In this document: one piece after another, positions 1-11,400 of the stretch
Position numbering within the stretch: the first letter of the stretch is position 1
Layout of the letters: each line of letters begins with the position of its first letter
From: Klebsormidium nitens
Lineage: Eukaryota; Plantae; Klebsormidiophyceae
DNA: 64,000 bases
Assembly: GCA_000708835.1 (NCBI GenBank)
Contig: DF236998.1
Coordinates: 45,880-109,879, forward strand
Direction: 5' to 3'
The notes under the pieces: model-generated
The model's database searches: none
What the model saw: only the letters and a program-made list of their open reading frames with translations
What the model was told of the DNA's origin: nothing
Made by a program: the position numbers and the translations under genes

Positions 1-564
1 CTGTTCAGCGCCGCTTCAGTCGCCACATGTTCTATTTATTTTGCTGACTTCCGTGGAACGACACCCTTAGTGAAAGCAAGAGTTGCCAGAGTTCTCTCGA
101 CGCTTAGATCGGGACATCGAACGGCCCGAACGGCCGGCTTTTGGAGATATTCGTATCGAACGGTGATTCTAGAGGAAATTTCGCTGACTGGGTGAAAAGT
201 ACAGGATGTCTTGCGCCAGACGGTTTCAAAACCCCCTTGTTTGAAGGTTGCTTTGTTGAACCACATGAACGCTTTGCTTGCTAGCTCGCTTCTGTTGAGC
301 AGTGGAGCTGTCCATCTCTCGGAAGCCAGTGGGGTTTGTGAAAATTCTCCGCAGAAGTCTCAGAAGAGAGAGAAAGAGATTTTGTGAGCAGGTGTAAGGA
401 CAGGTGTCTGTTTTGCGGCTTTGTGTCTTGGTTGCTTCCAGCAATGTTTTAGGTCTTTATTGAATTGACACGAAGGAAGGAAACACGTGTGCATCAGCAA
501 ACGAGGAGCACGATAAGGTCCATAAAAGAAGACCACCCGGAAGGTATACGTGACGCTACCAGAA

Positions 565-3500
565 ATGCAGACAGCGCATGCTAAAGGTGCCACCTGGGCA
601 GGCGGCCTCAAGGGGTCCCACTTTGCCCTAAATGACAATGTGACATCCACTCTGCTCAGGGTTTGTCCACTCAGAAGTCCGTCCAGGAGACGTTATAAAA
701 CCCTAGCAGCACTCAAAGTGGATAATGCACAAAAGCCTCCCCAGCCGTCCACCGACCTGGCATTGGAGAGCCGGTCTTCGGCGGGAGGGTTGGACACGTT
801 CAAGGATGCACTAGATGCTGCAAAGAGCGCGCCGGTGAAGAGTGCTGGGACAGCAGCGATGTTCAGCGGGGCTGCGGCCATGAGCGTGCTGATGTCAGGG
901 GCTGTCCTGCACTCCATTGACGTGGTACCGCTTGTCCCGGCGGCCCTGCAATTGTTGGGGGTCTCGGCATCCAGTTGGTTTGCTCTGTAAGTCGTCCCAT
1001 TTCGAGGATGTATTTGCAAGACTATGGTTTTACATTGGTCCTCATGACAGGACTTGCATAATTTTTAAACATATTGAAGCAAGCTTGAGAAACTTAAAAC
1101 AGATCTTCCTCTTAACAGTTCCATTCCCTTTGCATTTTGCTTTATAGCTTCTCTGCACAAGCAGTTGTCAATTATACGAGAGTCTCCAGTTCGACAAACC
1201 TCAACGCATGATTGTCTGCAGACACAATGTCTCAGCATTTATCACGTATGAAGCTGCCAAGTGGCAACCTTGGAATTGTGCATTGCAATAATCACTGCTT
1301 CTGCTTTGAATCTCGCATGGTGACTCCTGTTGCATCAATCTGGTGAGACCCTGTGGATCCGGAGAGTGTATGCAAAGCCTTCTCTACATAGAATCAATCA
1401 GGGTTTCAGGGTTCCTGAATATACTTGACTGAGCCCTTTCTTGTTCTTGCATCGCCTACTGATTGCTTCCAAGCTGAGTGATGGGGTTTGACAATACGCA
1501 GGAGGGCTTATTCTGATATGATACGCAGGATGGCTTATTCTGATTTGTTGATCTGCCATTTCGTCAATGCAGACGATATGTGTCTACTAAGGCAGGGGCA
1601 AGGATACCACCATCTCCCATCCGAGCTCTGTCCCAACTGTTGGACCAAAGACCAGGGGGCTCCAATCTTGACCTAAGCGCCGTTCCGGTGAGGTTTTCAT
1701 TAAGTGATTGTGACTTGACGAACTGTGTCCAAGCATTCGTGCAATCTGAAAAGTTCAAGGGATTGACAATCACTGTGCTGGGCCCGTTAGGACCTGAACC
1801 ATGGGTCAGGACTGAACCCCCAAGAGAGGATGCTTGCGGCCTACTAGAGTGGTTGGTGATGGGGCCTGCATTTGCATGTGACTGGGCCGTAAGCGAAAGG
1901 CCCCATCCGAGGTGCCACTGCATGGACATATGCACAAAGATAGCTCCCAGCAAGTACCATGACAAGTTGGACCTGAGCGGGTAGCATTTGCTGTCATTGA
2001 AGGGAAGTCCACAGCAGCTCCTTTGTCAGGTTTGAATTGAGCGAGTGCAATTGTGGCACCTCAATGCTGTCCCCGCGAACGAGTCCCACAAGCCACACAT
2101 CTGCAAGTTCTCGCATGCACAACATTTGCGTTAGAAATGAGGAGACATGGTCGGGTTGCACCTCATAAGTATCAGTTCCATGTTGTATGTCCAGAACTTG
2201 GATGAGGAGACGAAGAGAAAGCTGAAGGTGCTTGCTGAGGAGAGGGACGCTGCACTGGCCGAGGTACGTGCGAAAGCTCCTAGATCTATCTGGCAGCGTC
2301 TCGTCCTTGTCTGCTTGAGAAGCTGCAGGTTACTGCTCTTGTCAATGACACCTCCATCGGCACTTTCTTGCTTGTCTTACTGAATCATGTAAGATTCTTC
2401 CTGCAATCAGATCTGCAGGCGGCTGTAACGACAGCTGTAGTCAAGAGCATGTGCTTCTTTAGGTGACCCGGCATAGGCCATACCGTCTGCGAGGAGCATG
2501 TAATGGTGGCCCTACATTTCAGAATGAGCTCTCCATTGTTGCCCTCACAGATTCACTGCCCCTCGGTGTCTGAACCAATCTTTCATGATTCAACAAATTT
2601 GATAAGATGAACCTTAGGATTAGTAAGCGTCCAACCCAACACAGCGTGCCCCGCAGAATTGACCGCTTCACACACGTGCCCACCCTTTACCCCCCAAGTA
2701 ATCCCACCCAGGGCTAGGCCGAATACGTAGAAATCCTTTATTGAAAACATATTCTTTCATCCTGTGCAGATGGAGAAGGTCAAGGCGTCGACCGGTAAGG
2801 TGGCGCGCCTAGTTGCTGAGAAGGAGGCGCTTGAGGCAGTGGCCATGCAGCTGGCCGAGGAGCGAGATGAGGCCATGGGAGAGGTAGGAGCAAGAATTGT
2901 TGATGCTTGCGACGCAAAACTCTCTTGCTGACAATGAAAGTTTTCTCCAGCTGACAACCAGAATCTTCTCCTACTGACAATGAGGATCTTCTCCTGCTGT
3001 TTTTTAAACGACCTGTATGCTTGGAAAGAGGCATCATAAAAGCCTGGCCCCGTCATACTGGGCACAATGGGGGCCTGAACAGGCTGTGTCCTTTGGCATT
3101 GTCTTTGCGGCTTGGACCACTTGGAATTTCGTGCAACTTGTTTGCGCTGGAGCGCTCAGAATCTGATGTGACTCACAACATTTAGAAAGTTTTGGTGCAC
3201 GAAGGTGGTCGGTCAAAAAGGGGATGCTGGTATGGGGTTCATAAAACTGTAGCGCTAATTCGTGGGGTTCGACCCGGCCACGTTCGTGCATTTACATCGA
3301 TTTGGAGTCACGTCACGCCCAACTTTTCCAGTGCTGCCCGAGGACCGATTTTGACGAATTTTCCTGTAAAATGTGAACTGCTACGGCTTTTGATTAGAAG
3401 TTGCAATCCTTCCATTCTCAGAGACAGGCTCTGTCTGGTTCGAATGTGGGGACCTTTGCACCATTCGTTGCCTGCCGGACCTAGCATGAGACATTTTCGT

Positions 3501-5791
3501 TGGATAATATTGTAATAACACTCTGAAAGTGGAACGAGACTGTAAGAGATTCCGTACAGATATAGGTAAGTCCTTACTTGTGCCGTTGTGCGCAAAGGGC
3601 GCGGTGGACGTAGCCCCTTCACGGAAGGGTGAAAAACTTCGTAGTCGCAGGTGCCTTTAGAATAGGAAGTAGCAGGCATTAGACTTAATAACGTAACGAA
3701 TTAGAGCTGCGTGAATTGCTTAGTTGTTTTTGCTACAAGTGCCTCCGTTTTGAAGAACGCGCTGGACTGCGCCGTTCATGCAAGGTGCAAGAATGCACGT
3801 CCTCACATGAGATGCATCTCCTCGCATAAGTAGACGATGACTATAACAAGCAGCAGACACGATCAAAATTTGAACGTTTCCCGTCAAATATCCCTATTGT
3901 AGGTGCGTGCTCTGAAGGGCGCGGTGGACGCCATGACGGAGCGGATGCGTGCGATCGAGGCGATGCTGGCGCAGGAGGTCGGCGAGCTGCGGCAGCAGAA
4001 CCAGGCGCTCGAGACGGTGGCCCTGCAGCTGGCGTCCGAACGCGACAGCGCGCTTGCCAAGGTGCGTCCGAAGATTGAAAAGGACAAATTTGTCCAACGT
4101 CCAAGCTGTTTAGAACAAAGCGCACTCGGTGTTCAACAATGATTGAGACGGTGGCCCTGCAGCTGGCGTCCGAACAGGACAGCGCGCTCGCCAAGGTGCG
4201 TCCGAAAGATGAAAACGACTTGATTGTCCAAGCGTCCAAGCGTCTGGATGAAAGAGCGCACTCGGTGTTCAAACATGATTGAGACGGTGGCTCTGGAGCT
4301 GGCGTCCGAACGCGAAAGCACGCTTGCCAAGGTGCGCGTCCGAAAAGGGTGAAAGGAGAGGAAGTCTTTCTGTCCGATCGTTAGAAAGACAAGGAACCTT
4401 CTTTCCAAGTTAGAAGTTGAAGACGATCAGCCGTTCTTCCGTCCAGAAACTGAGGAGGTCTTTCTGTCTGTTGGAGTTCAAGTCGGTTTAAATAACAGGC
4501 AGTTCAATAGTCCGTCCACTTCGTCGATACGTTGGAGTGAAACCGGGCCAAGCCGCGCGTCGGTCTGTAGTGTTTAGTTTAATGGATGTCGCACTCAGCG
4601 TCTAAAATGTTTGAAAAACACGAACCTCGTCCTGAGAAGACAGCGGCCTGAGCCTGGTCGATGCGTCAAATTTGGTTGAGAGGAAGGCGCCACTCTGTGA
4701 GCTAAGCGTTTACGAGGGGCAGTTCTTGATGCGAAATCAGTCGTTCAAGACTCCCACCAAAATTGAGGCGTTAATGGTAATCGAGCGAAGCATTGGTCTC
4801 ATCCTTGTGTGCCCCAATCTTCGAAGTCCGGGTCTTCAAAACACGTCACTCCAGGCGTGTTTTGCAGCCCCGACATATCATGTAAGTTGTTTTGAAGCAG
4901 TTGGTCGACGAGACAAAGAAATGAGCAGACTACGTTCATGAGAGCTCACGCTGACGTGTCCAGGCTGATGTGTCCAAGCTTTTCCGTACATGTGGCCGAA
5001 CTTCAAAACTTGGCTGACGAGACAGAGACAAGCAGACTGCTCGTACCAATCGCCAAGAGCCACACGAGAAGCTCAGAGAGTCATGAGCCACTCTCGGACG
5101 ACCGAAACGAGCACCAGACTGGCTCTTGTCGTCCGTGAGTGTCCCATATGAGTAGCTGATTGCGTCACGCTGACGTGTCCAAGCTTTTCTGTACAGGTGG
5201 CCGAACTTCAAAAGTTGGCTGACGAGACAAACAGGGCGGCCGCAGAGCGGGATGCGGTGCAGCTGGTTGCGGCGCGCCTGGCGGACGAGCGCGACAGCGC
5301 ACTTTCGGCGCTAAAGTCTCTGCGCAAGGTAGGGGGATTCTCATCCCATGCGTTCTTGGGAAGAAGGGGTGAAAGAAATCCGGAGAGCGACAGGTCTTGC
5401 TTCCGAGGGACCTGAAGGTCTCATTCTGCGGGATACTAGAATCTTGCTCTCTTCTTTCAAGAAGGGGGTCAAGATGTCAGGAACTTTAGTGGCAGGGGCA
5501 CACGCAACTTCATTCGAATCGAGAGGCCTTGGCAAGCATCAAAAGTTGCGCCCCTCGGTTCTGCAAGCTTGCTTAAAGGGTGTACCCTTTAAGCAAGCAG
5601 GGTCATCACAGCGTCTTCTTCTCTCATGCACCTGTAGCAGCCTTGATTGGATCAGAAAAGCGGTATCGAACGGATTTGGGTGGAACTTAGGGATGCTTGT
5701 TCTTGTTTGCAAACAATCGTATTGAGACCTGGTTCCTGTCTCGTTGCAGGGTGTGCCTTCATCCGACAGAAAGGCTGCAAAGACCAAGTAG
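565..5791 (+). CDS. CURT1: CURVATURE THYLAKOID 1 (CAAD domain)-like protein with C-terminal coiled-coil extension, about 318 aa; exons 565-986, 2176-2263, 2770-2883, 3903-4061, 5197-5328, 5750-5791
   Basis: Exon 1 encodes a Ser/Thr/Arg-rich transit-peptide-like N-terminus, then the CAAD two-helix signature (GAVLHSIDVVPLVPAALQLLGVSASSWF). All introns are GT-AG. The acceptor at 2175 (weak pyrimidine tract) is the one that keeps the frame after the phase-2 donor at 987; the exon sum of 957 nt is divisible by 3. Start ATG and exon 2 acceptor are inferred. Confidence 0.7.
4011..4345 (+). repeat. About 135-bp tandem triplication of an exon 3' end plus donor site (CURT1-like gene)
   Basis: GAGACGGTGGCCCTGCAGCTGGCGTCCGAACGCGACAGCGCGCTTGCCAAG|GTGCG recurs at 4011, 4145 and 4281. 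Confidence 0.9.
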
Positions 5792-7383
5792 AAAGGCGGC
5801 AAGGCGCTCTACCCACATACTGTAAATCCACAAGTTCATTCACGTTGCAGTAATCTAGAAGCAGTGAATGGTCCACTGCAGCTGTAAGGGGTGATATTAT
5901 ATAGAAGAATGGCGCCATTGAGCGAATAAGAGTGAACGTTATTGATGTCAAGTCGTAAGGTATGCTAGCCTATTCGTAATGTCAGTAACCTTCCGCTATT
6001 TGTGAGGAGTCTATGGAGCACTGCCCCTAAAGTGAGTAACACGTAATGGCATGCAATCCAGAAACGCTGTCTTCAATCGAGTGTCTTTGATATTGTCTGC
6101 TATTCTCTCATACATTCTATGAGGTTCCTTGAGTTGCTGGGGTACGAGTCTTTGAGATTTACGTGCTTCTTAGCTCAAGTCCAGCTTGAAGGGGTCTACA
6201 TCGTTCCCTGGGCAAAGTCAGTACGGCGTTCGTACATGTCGGCAATCTATTCAAGCCATGCCAGCGTCTGGGCTGCTTGCCCAGCAGGGCTGCTGCTAGT
6301 GCACAAGCCCTCCGACACATAAATTTAGGCAGCCTCGTTATGTCCGTTGCTCCGCAACATGTACTTAGTAGTGCACTGAAGCACACGGGGTCCAAATGAT
6401 GCAATCTGTGTCACGGGTGTTGATGAGAAACAAAGGGAGAGCGGCACATCAATTACCGTGCTTGATTTCCAGCAGCCGCCGGCGCAACCGGCCAAGGCAT
6501 ACAGCTACCCGGCGTCGAAGCACTGCCAGTCATCAATGCATGCACCGTTCAACGCAAGTGCACGAATCTGCTGCATGGGGCTGGCGGCGTGAAAAAGGAT
6601 TGCATCCGACACTAATTAAGGATAACGTTTGAGTCGGCGCCGATCATTGAGATCGTTTAGGCAGCCTGGGTATGAAGCATGATCGGACACATGGCATCAG
6701 TGCGGCAATTAGATTAGTCAATCGACATAACATGTGAGTACAACGTACCATCGTTACGGTACTGTGCAAAATCATTCAGCGCAAGCAGTCCAAACGTGAC
6801 CGTCGGTTAAATCACGTGGCGCGGGTACAGCTTGCCGCCGGCCGACCACTTTCATATGCCTCATGATAAGGGACACGCATGATCCGCCACACGTGCACTG
6901 AGCAGGCCAACGTCGTCAAGGGATGCATCATGCTTGCGTCTATTTTGGAGATGTATATCGTTCCAAATGCCTTCAAGGCTTCCAGAGGCGGTGACCAGAC
7001 CAGCGGCCACGCACGGCAGAACTTGGTGCTTCCATGAGTCGCGTATAAGCGTGGCACTATTAGGCGTTTGGGCAGCTCGAGTCGTGAGTCGAAGCATACA
7101 AGCCCGAGGACAGTTAAATAGCAAGTGATCGACCAATCAAAACCGTACCTCACGGATGGCTTTCGCGGCTTAAAAGCATCCAAGCATTCAAAGGCAGAAT
7201 TCTCGGACGTCGGCCTATCACGTTGAAGGCCGAACCCGATGCACGAGAGGTGCAAGGTGCAGTGATAGTCCAACCACATTCAATGACCTCAAAACCAGCA
7301 TCAAGATACATAACCGGCTATATATTCTTACAGCAGCTCGGTATCATCATTATACATTTCGTCCGTTTCTCTTGAACATCAGT

Positions 7384-8497
7384 TTACATTGAGTCGATGT
7401 TCAGTTTGTCTAGCATCACTTCCCAATCTTCCCCTCTCTGCTCAGGACCACTGGGGCCTTCTACGGCATCCTCGCCCTTCTGCTTCAAATCACTGAGGTC
7501 TTCCGAGGCGTCCTCGTCTTTCTGCTCGGGATTGCTCACGCTTTCCGATCGCGCGGTTTTAGAAAAGTACTCCCGCTCGCGCGCCCACCGCGCCAAGACA
7601 TCTGACACCTTGTGCCCGGGGCGTCGCCGGCCCGGACACCCTTCGCACGTCCAGCTGTTGTTGTACCGACATTCGCGGCTGTCCGTCGCCGCTATTCCGT
7701 ACAGATGGCCTTCTTGACAAAGGAAAAAATGCGGGTCCGTTCCAGAAGCAACCGACGGGTCGATAAGGTAAAAGTACTTGAATTCCCATCTGGCTACGCT
7801 TTTCAACGGAAGCTGCCACATCGAAGAAGGACAGAAGGGACAGACGAATTTGGTAACAGTAACCGTACCGTTGACCAGCTCGTCAGACATAGTTAGACCA
7901 ACAACGAAGCCCCAGAAAATGGTGACGCAGTTGGGGGAATGCAGTCCCGTTTGCTCCATGAAATCATCATCGATACACGTGTCCTCTTGATGCAGAAACA
8001 CCTGGGCTGCTCCAAAAGATCCCCCCCGGTCGATCCAAGGGCCAAGAATCCGAGATCCGTGAGCAAGCTTTCTCTCCCAATCGCTTGTGAGCTGAAATGG
8101 ATAAATACTGAAAGGTTCCACAACCAGAGCTTTGGGGTTGCAACCTTCAAGAGTCATCACAGGCTGACCAATATTGACACCGTGCCCCGGGCACAAGCTC
8201 AGCAGCTTGGCCAGAGCTTCCCAGCTCCATTTGCGCCCGGTTGTGTTTCCGACCGCCGAATGGCTGCCAAGCGCCAGCTCAGGAAAGAGTTTGTTCACAG
8301 CAGGAAAGGCGGTCCTGCAAGCGCGCTCCCAGCCCCGCGCGCGCGCCCAGCCGTGAGACGCACGAGAAAGCTGCGAGGTCCGCGAAGTTGGCGTGCACTG
8401 GACGGAAGCTGGAACGATCAACAGAGATCTTGTCCAGGATGAGCACCAAAAGGTCGTCGCTGAGGGCGGAGAAGTCAGACGTTTCGCCGTTTGCCAT
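7384..8497 (-). pseudogene. EDL: EID1-like (EDL) F-box protein, intronless, with a frameshift near 8350 (pseudogene or assembly error)
   Basis: ATG at 8497 opens an F-box (FSALSDDLLVLILDKI...LAAFSCVSR). The adjacent frame (ORF 7384-8421) carries EID1-family motifs WERACR, WEALAKLLSLCPG, CPFCPSSMW and FFLCQEGHLYG. The frame switch falls at tca-cgg-c/tgg-gcg (8356-8344) with no room for an intron. Confidence 0.7.
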
Positions 8498-11400
8498 TTC
8501 GACGTTCAAGAAGGAAGTTCTGGGATGATCAGTCGCGGAGGTGAGACCTGGCTTATAATTTCGATGCTGCTTGTCGACGAGTGTCGTCCAATCTGCAAAG
8601 CTCTTTGATGCCTTGCTTGAACGGTTCGCGGTGCTGATGCTAGGAGAATTGCAGAAGATGGTTCGCTTATACTACAGCAGTAGACTGTAGCAACATACTG
8701 TAGCAGCACAACAGCGCGTCAAACAGCCTGTCTCGCATACTTAATCGTGACGGCATCGTTCGCGAACCATGATAATGCTGAATCAGCTGCGTGCAGCCTG
8801 TGTGCCTGGGCCGTACGGACGACGCGGCTGCCTAGCAGGGTTTTCGGGCGCCGCGGCCGCCTCCTTGCTACCCGGGTTTAATCAAGACGTTATCGCCGAC
8901 GCAACGAGATCAAGAAATCGTATGAGAAGATAATCGAGCGTGTCTGACTGGGCAGCGCAGCACTTGAGATTACTTTCATTGCAAAAACATCGCACCGCAT
9001 CCCGATCTTCTCCTTGCTTTGAGGACCTTCTGTTGATGTCTTCCAAGGACTTCCCAAGCCACGATAGCCTGGCGTGACCAAGGCGCGTCCTGCCCCTCAT
9101 GCTAGGCTCGCGACGTCCGTAATATAAAGGGCTGCGTTGGAAATGCTTGTGCGGTGATTGATATCAGCAACACGTCAAAAGGCTTGAATCTTCAAAGACT
9201 ATGGCGATAGGGAGCGCGCGCCACTGAAAGCTTCAATTCAACTTACGCAGCCGCCTAATTTCAAAGAATGTAGAGCGACAAGGTGGCCCGCTCTCAAGTC
9301 GTAAAGTAAGGAAGTTGACGACAGGACAGGTGCATAGATGAAGCGATCACAACTAGCACTTATTCATTTGCATCGGCTACTACAATGATATTCGCGTTTT
9401 TTTACCACGGCTGTTGAAACCCAGGCAAGGCAGGTACAATCCAGATTGGCAACATAAGATCAGATCAGAGTTGAGCAAGGATGCATTCACTCATGTATAA
9501 TTACTCTTGCATAAGCTGCCAGCGACCAATAGTCCCCTTGTTAGAGAAGTATCTTTCCGATACAAACCTCGTAAGCCAGCTGGCTCTTAGAAACCGTCGA
9601 ATGATGTCATGTCAAGATTGGTTTTATTGTATGAACTATCTATGCGCCAGCGCCCCTAGACTGCCGATGGCATCCTGGGCATGAGTCAGCCGTGCGAGGG
9701 CGTCTTCGTTGTCGTAGTCGAGCGTCCGAAGGGCCGTCAGCTCGTCCTCCCACTTTTGCATCTGCTGCTGATGGAGCCTGGAACGGAGTCAAGCAGATTC
9801 CGCATGGTAGCAGTAGACACAATTTGCACAATCAGTTGAGCATCCTTACTGCAAGATTTTTACAGACCACGGGAAAGCAGGGCAACGTCACGGGAAAGAG
9901 GGTATGAATCATGGCACCTTTGACGGCACTGCTTGGATGAAGGCAAAAATAAAAGAAAGGCACAAGGCAACTTCAAGGTTTATGATCCAAGGATACTCAA
10001 CAAGTCCATCTTCGAAGGACTGCAGGGTCTGAGAGAAGAACGTCTTTGCATTCTCGAGGAGCCTAGAAACCTGCACCCAGAAAACACTGCTCTTAGTAAG
10101 AGTGCTCTGGACAAGCACACAAGCATTTGGGACAGCGCGTGGCAGATGTGTCAATCCTGATTTACTGGTTTCTTATCTGACCTGTATTTTTCATTACGTT
10201 GAGTCTCACGATACCAAAGATGGAGTTCCACAACTTCGAGATTGATTCCCATCCTCCTAAACAGACACACACACCCCACCAACTTGAAGACCAATTCTGG
10301 ATCCTTACCATGTCGGTAAATGTTTCCATCTTGATGCGGATCTCCTCCATGCTTTGCTCAACTGCATCTGAGCCCCTCCTGACTTCTTCCAATGAGACCT
10401 CTTGATTGTGCTCGATCGTCTCGTGCGCTTTGTTTGGCACCTCCGAGGTACCTTTCGTAGGATTGAACGCAAATTCATCCTCGCCGCCGTTGACTGCTAT
10501 CTGCGTGGTCTGCTGGTCATGATCAAACCCGTGCTCCTTTGCCTGGAAAGCAATAATGTGCCGTTTCATTATCGCTATTGGTTATCCTCATTGAAGATGA
10601 GGCCTAGTAGTTGGCAATGTGCACCTTCTGCAACAGATTCTGGGCTAGTTCATCTTTGATTGGCAGCTGTTGAATCTCTGTTTGGCAGATTTTCTGCAAG
10701 CTGACCGCATATGCGGAATTCGTTCCATTCGAAGCTTACTTTGAGAAGGATGACCATCCTGACAACCTGCCTGTCACCAGTCGACACTCACCTGCATCTT
10801 CTGCCGCTTATGAGGCTGCATTATCTGCTTTTGCAGACCCTCTCACACCGCAGGATCACGACAAGAAAGAGAACCTGTTTGAGCTCTGTGTGCGCAAGAG
10901 ATGAGCTCTCAATCCTCCCAGACAGCCCTGTCCATTCAGTAGCTCCTTTCGAAGCAAACTCTTCCAGATCGATAATCGAACTCTTTCAGTCAGATTCTAG
11001 AAGTATCCCTCTGTCAAGAGATTTCCTTTGGCCTTACTCCTTGTAACATGCCCTGCTCTTCTGCCACTCCCTTGTGGTTTCAGTAAGTCTGTTTGCGCGT
11101 GTCTTCGTGACGCTGTGAATGTTGCTGGCAGTGCGCAGCGCGCAGAGCACACGAGTCTCTGCTGAATATGGACTCTCCATTTACCTGCTGCAGCTCATGC
11201 ACTGTCCTTGTGTCAACGTCTCGAACCAGCAAGCTGTCCAACAGTATTGACACACTCGCACTGGTCTTTTCTCGCGATCGTCGGCTTGAACGTCAATACT
11301 TGGCGGCAAAATCCACAAAGGTTTGATCCAGTCCTGCCGTATTGACGTCAACCCATCCTATCGTCTTTCTGCAGCTCATGCATCTTTGAAGAAGGATGGT

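Noticed and set aside
1494-1547. Short intronic tandem duplications (27 bp here; 18 bp x3 at about 21175-21230; about 24 bp at 39230-39278)
   Set aside because: Ordinary slippage products not tied to junctions; they are also the background against which the junction pattern must be tested.
1564-1984. Overlapping 133/134-aa ORFs on both strands in CURT1-like intron 1
   Set aside because: No recognisable motif and no phase-compatible splice sites tying them to the gene; probably chance.
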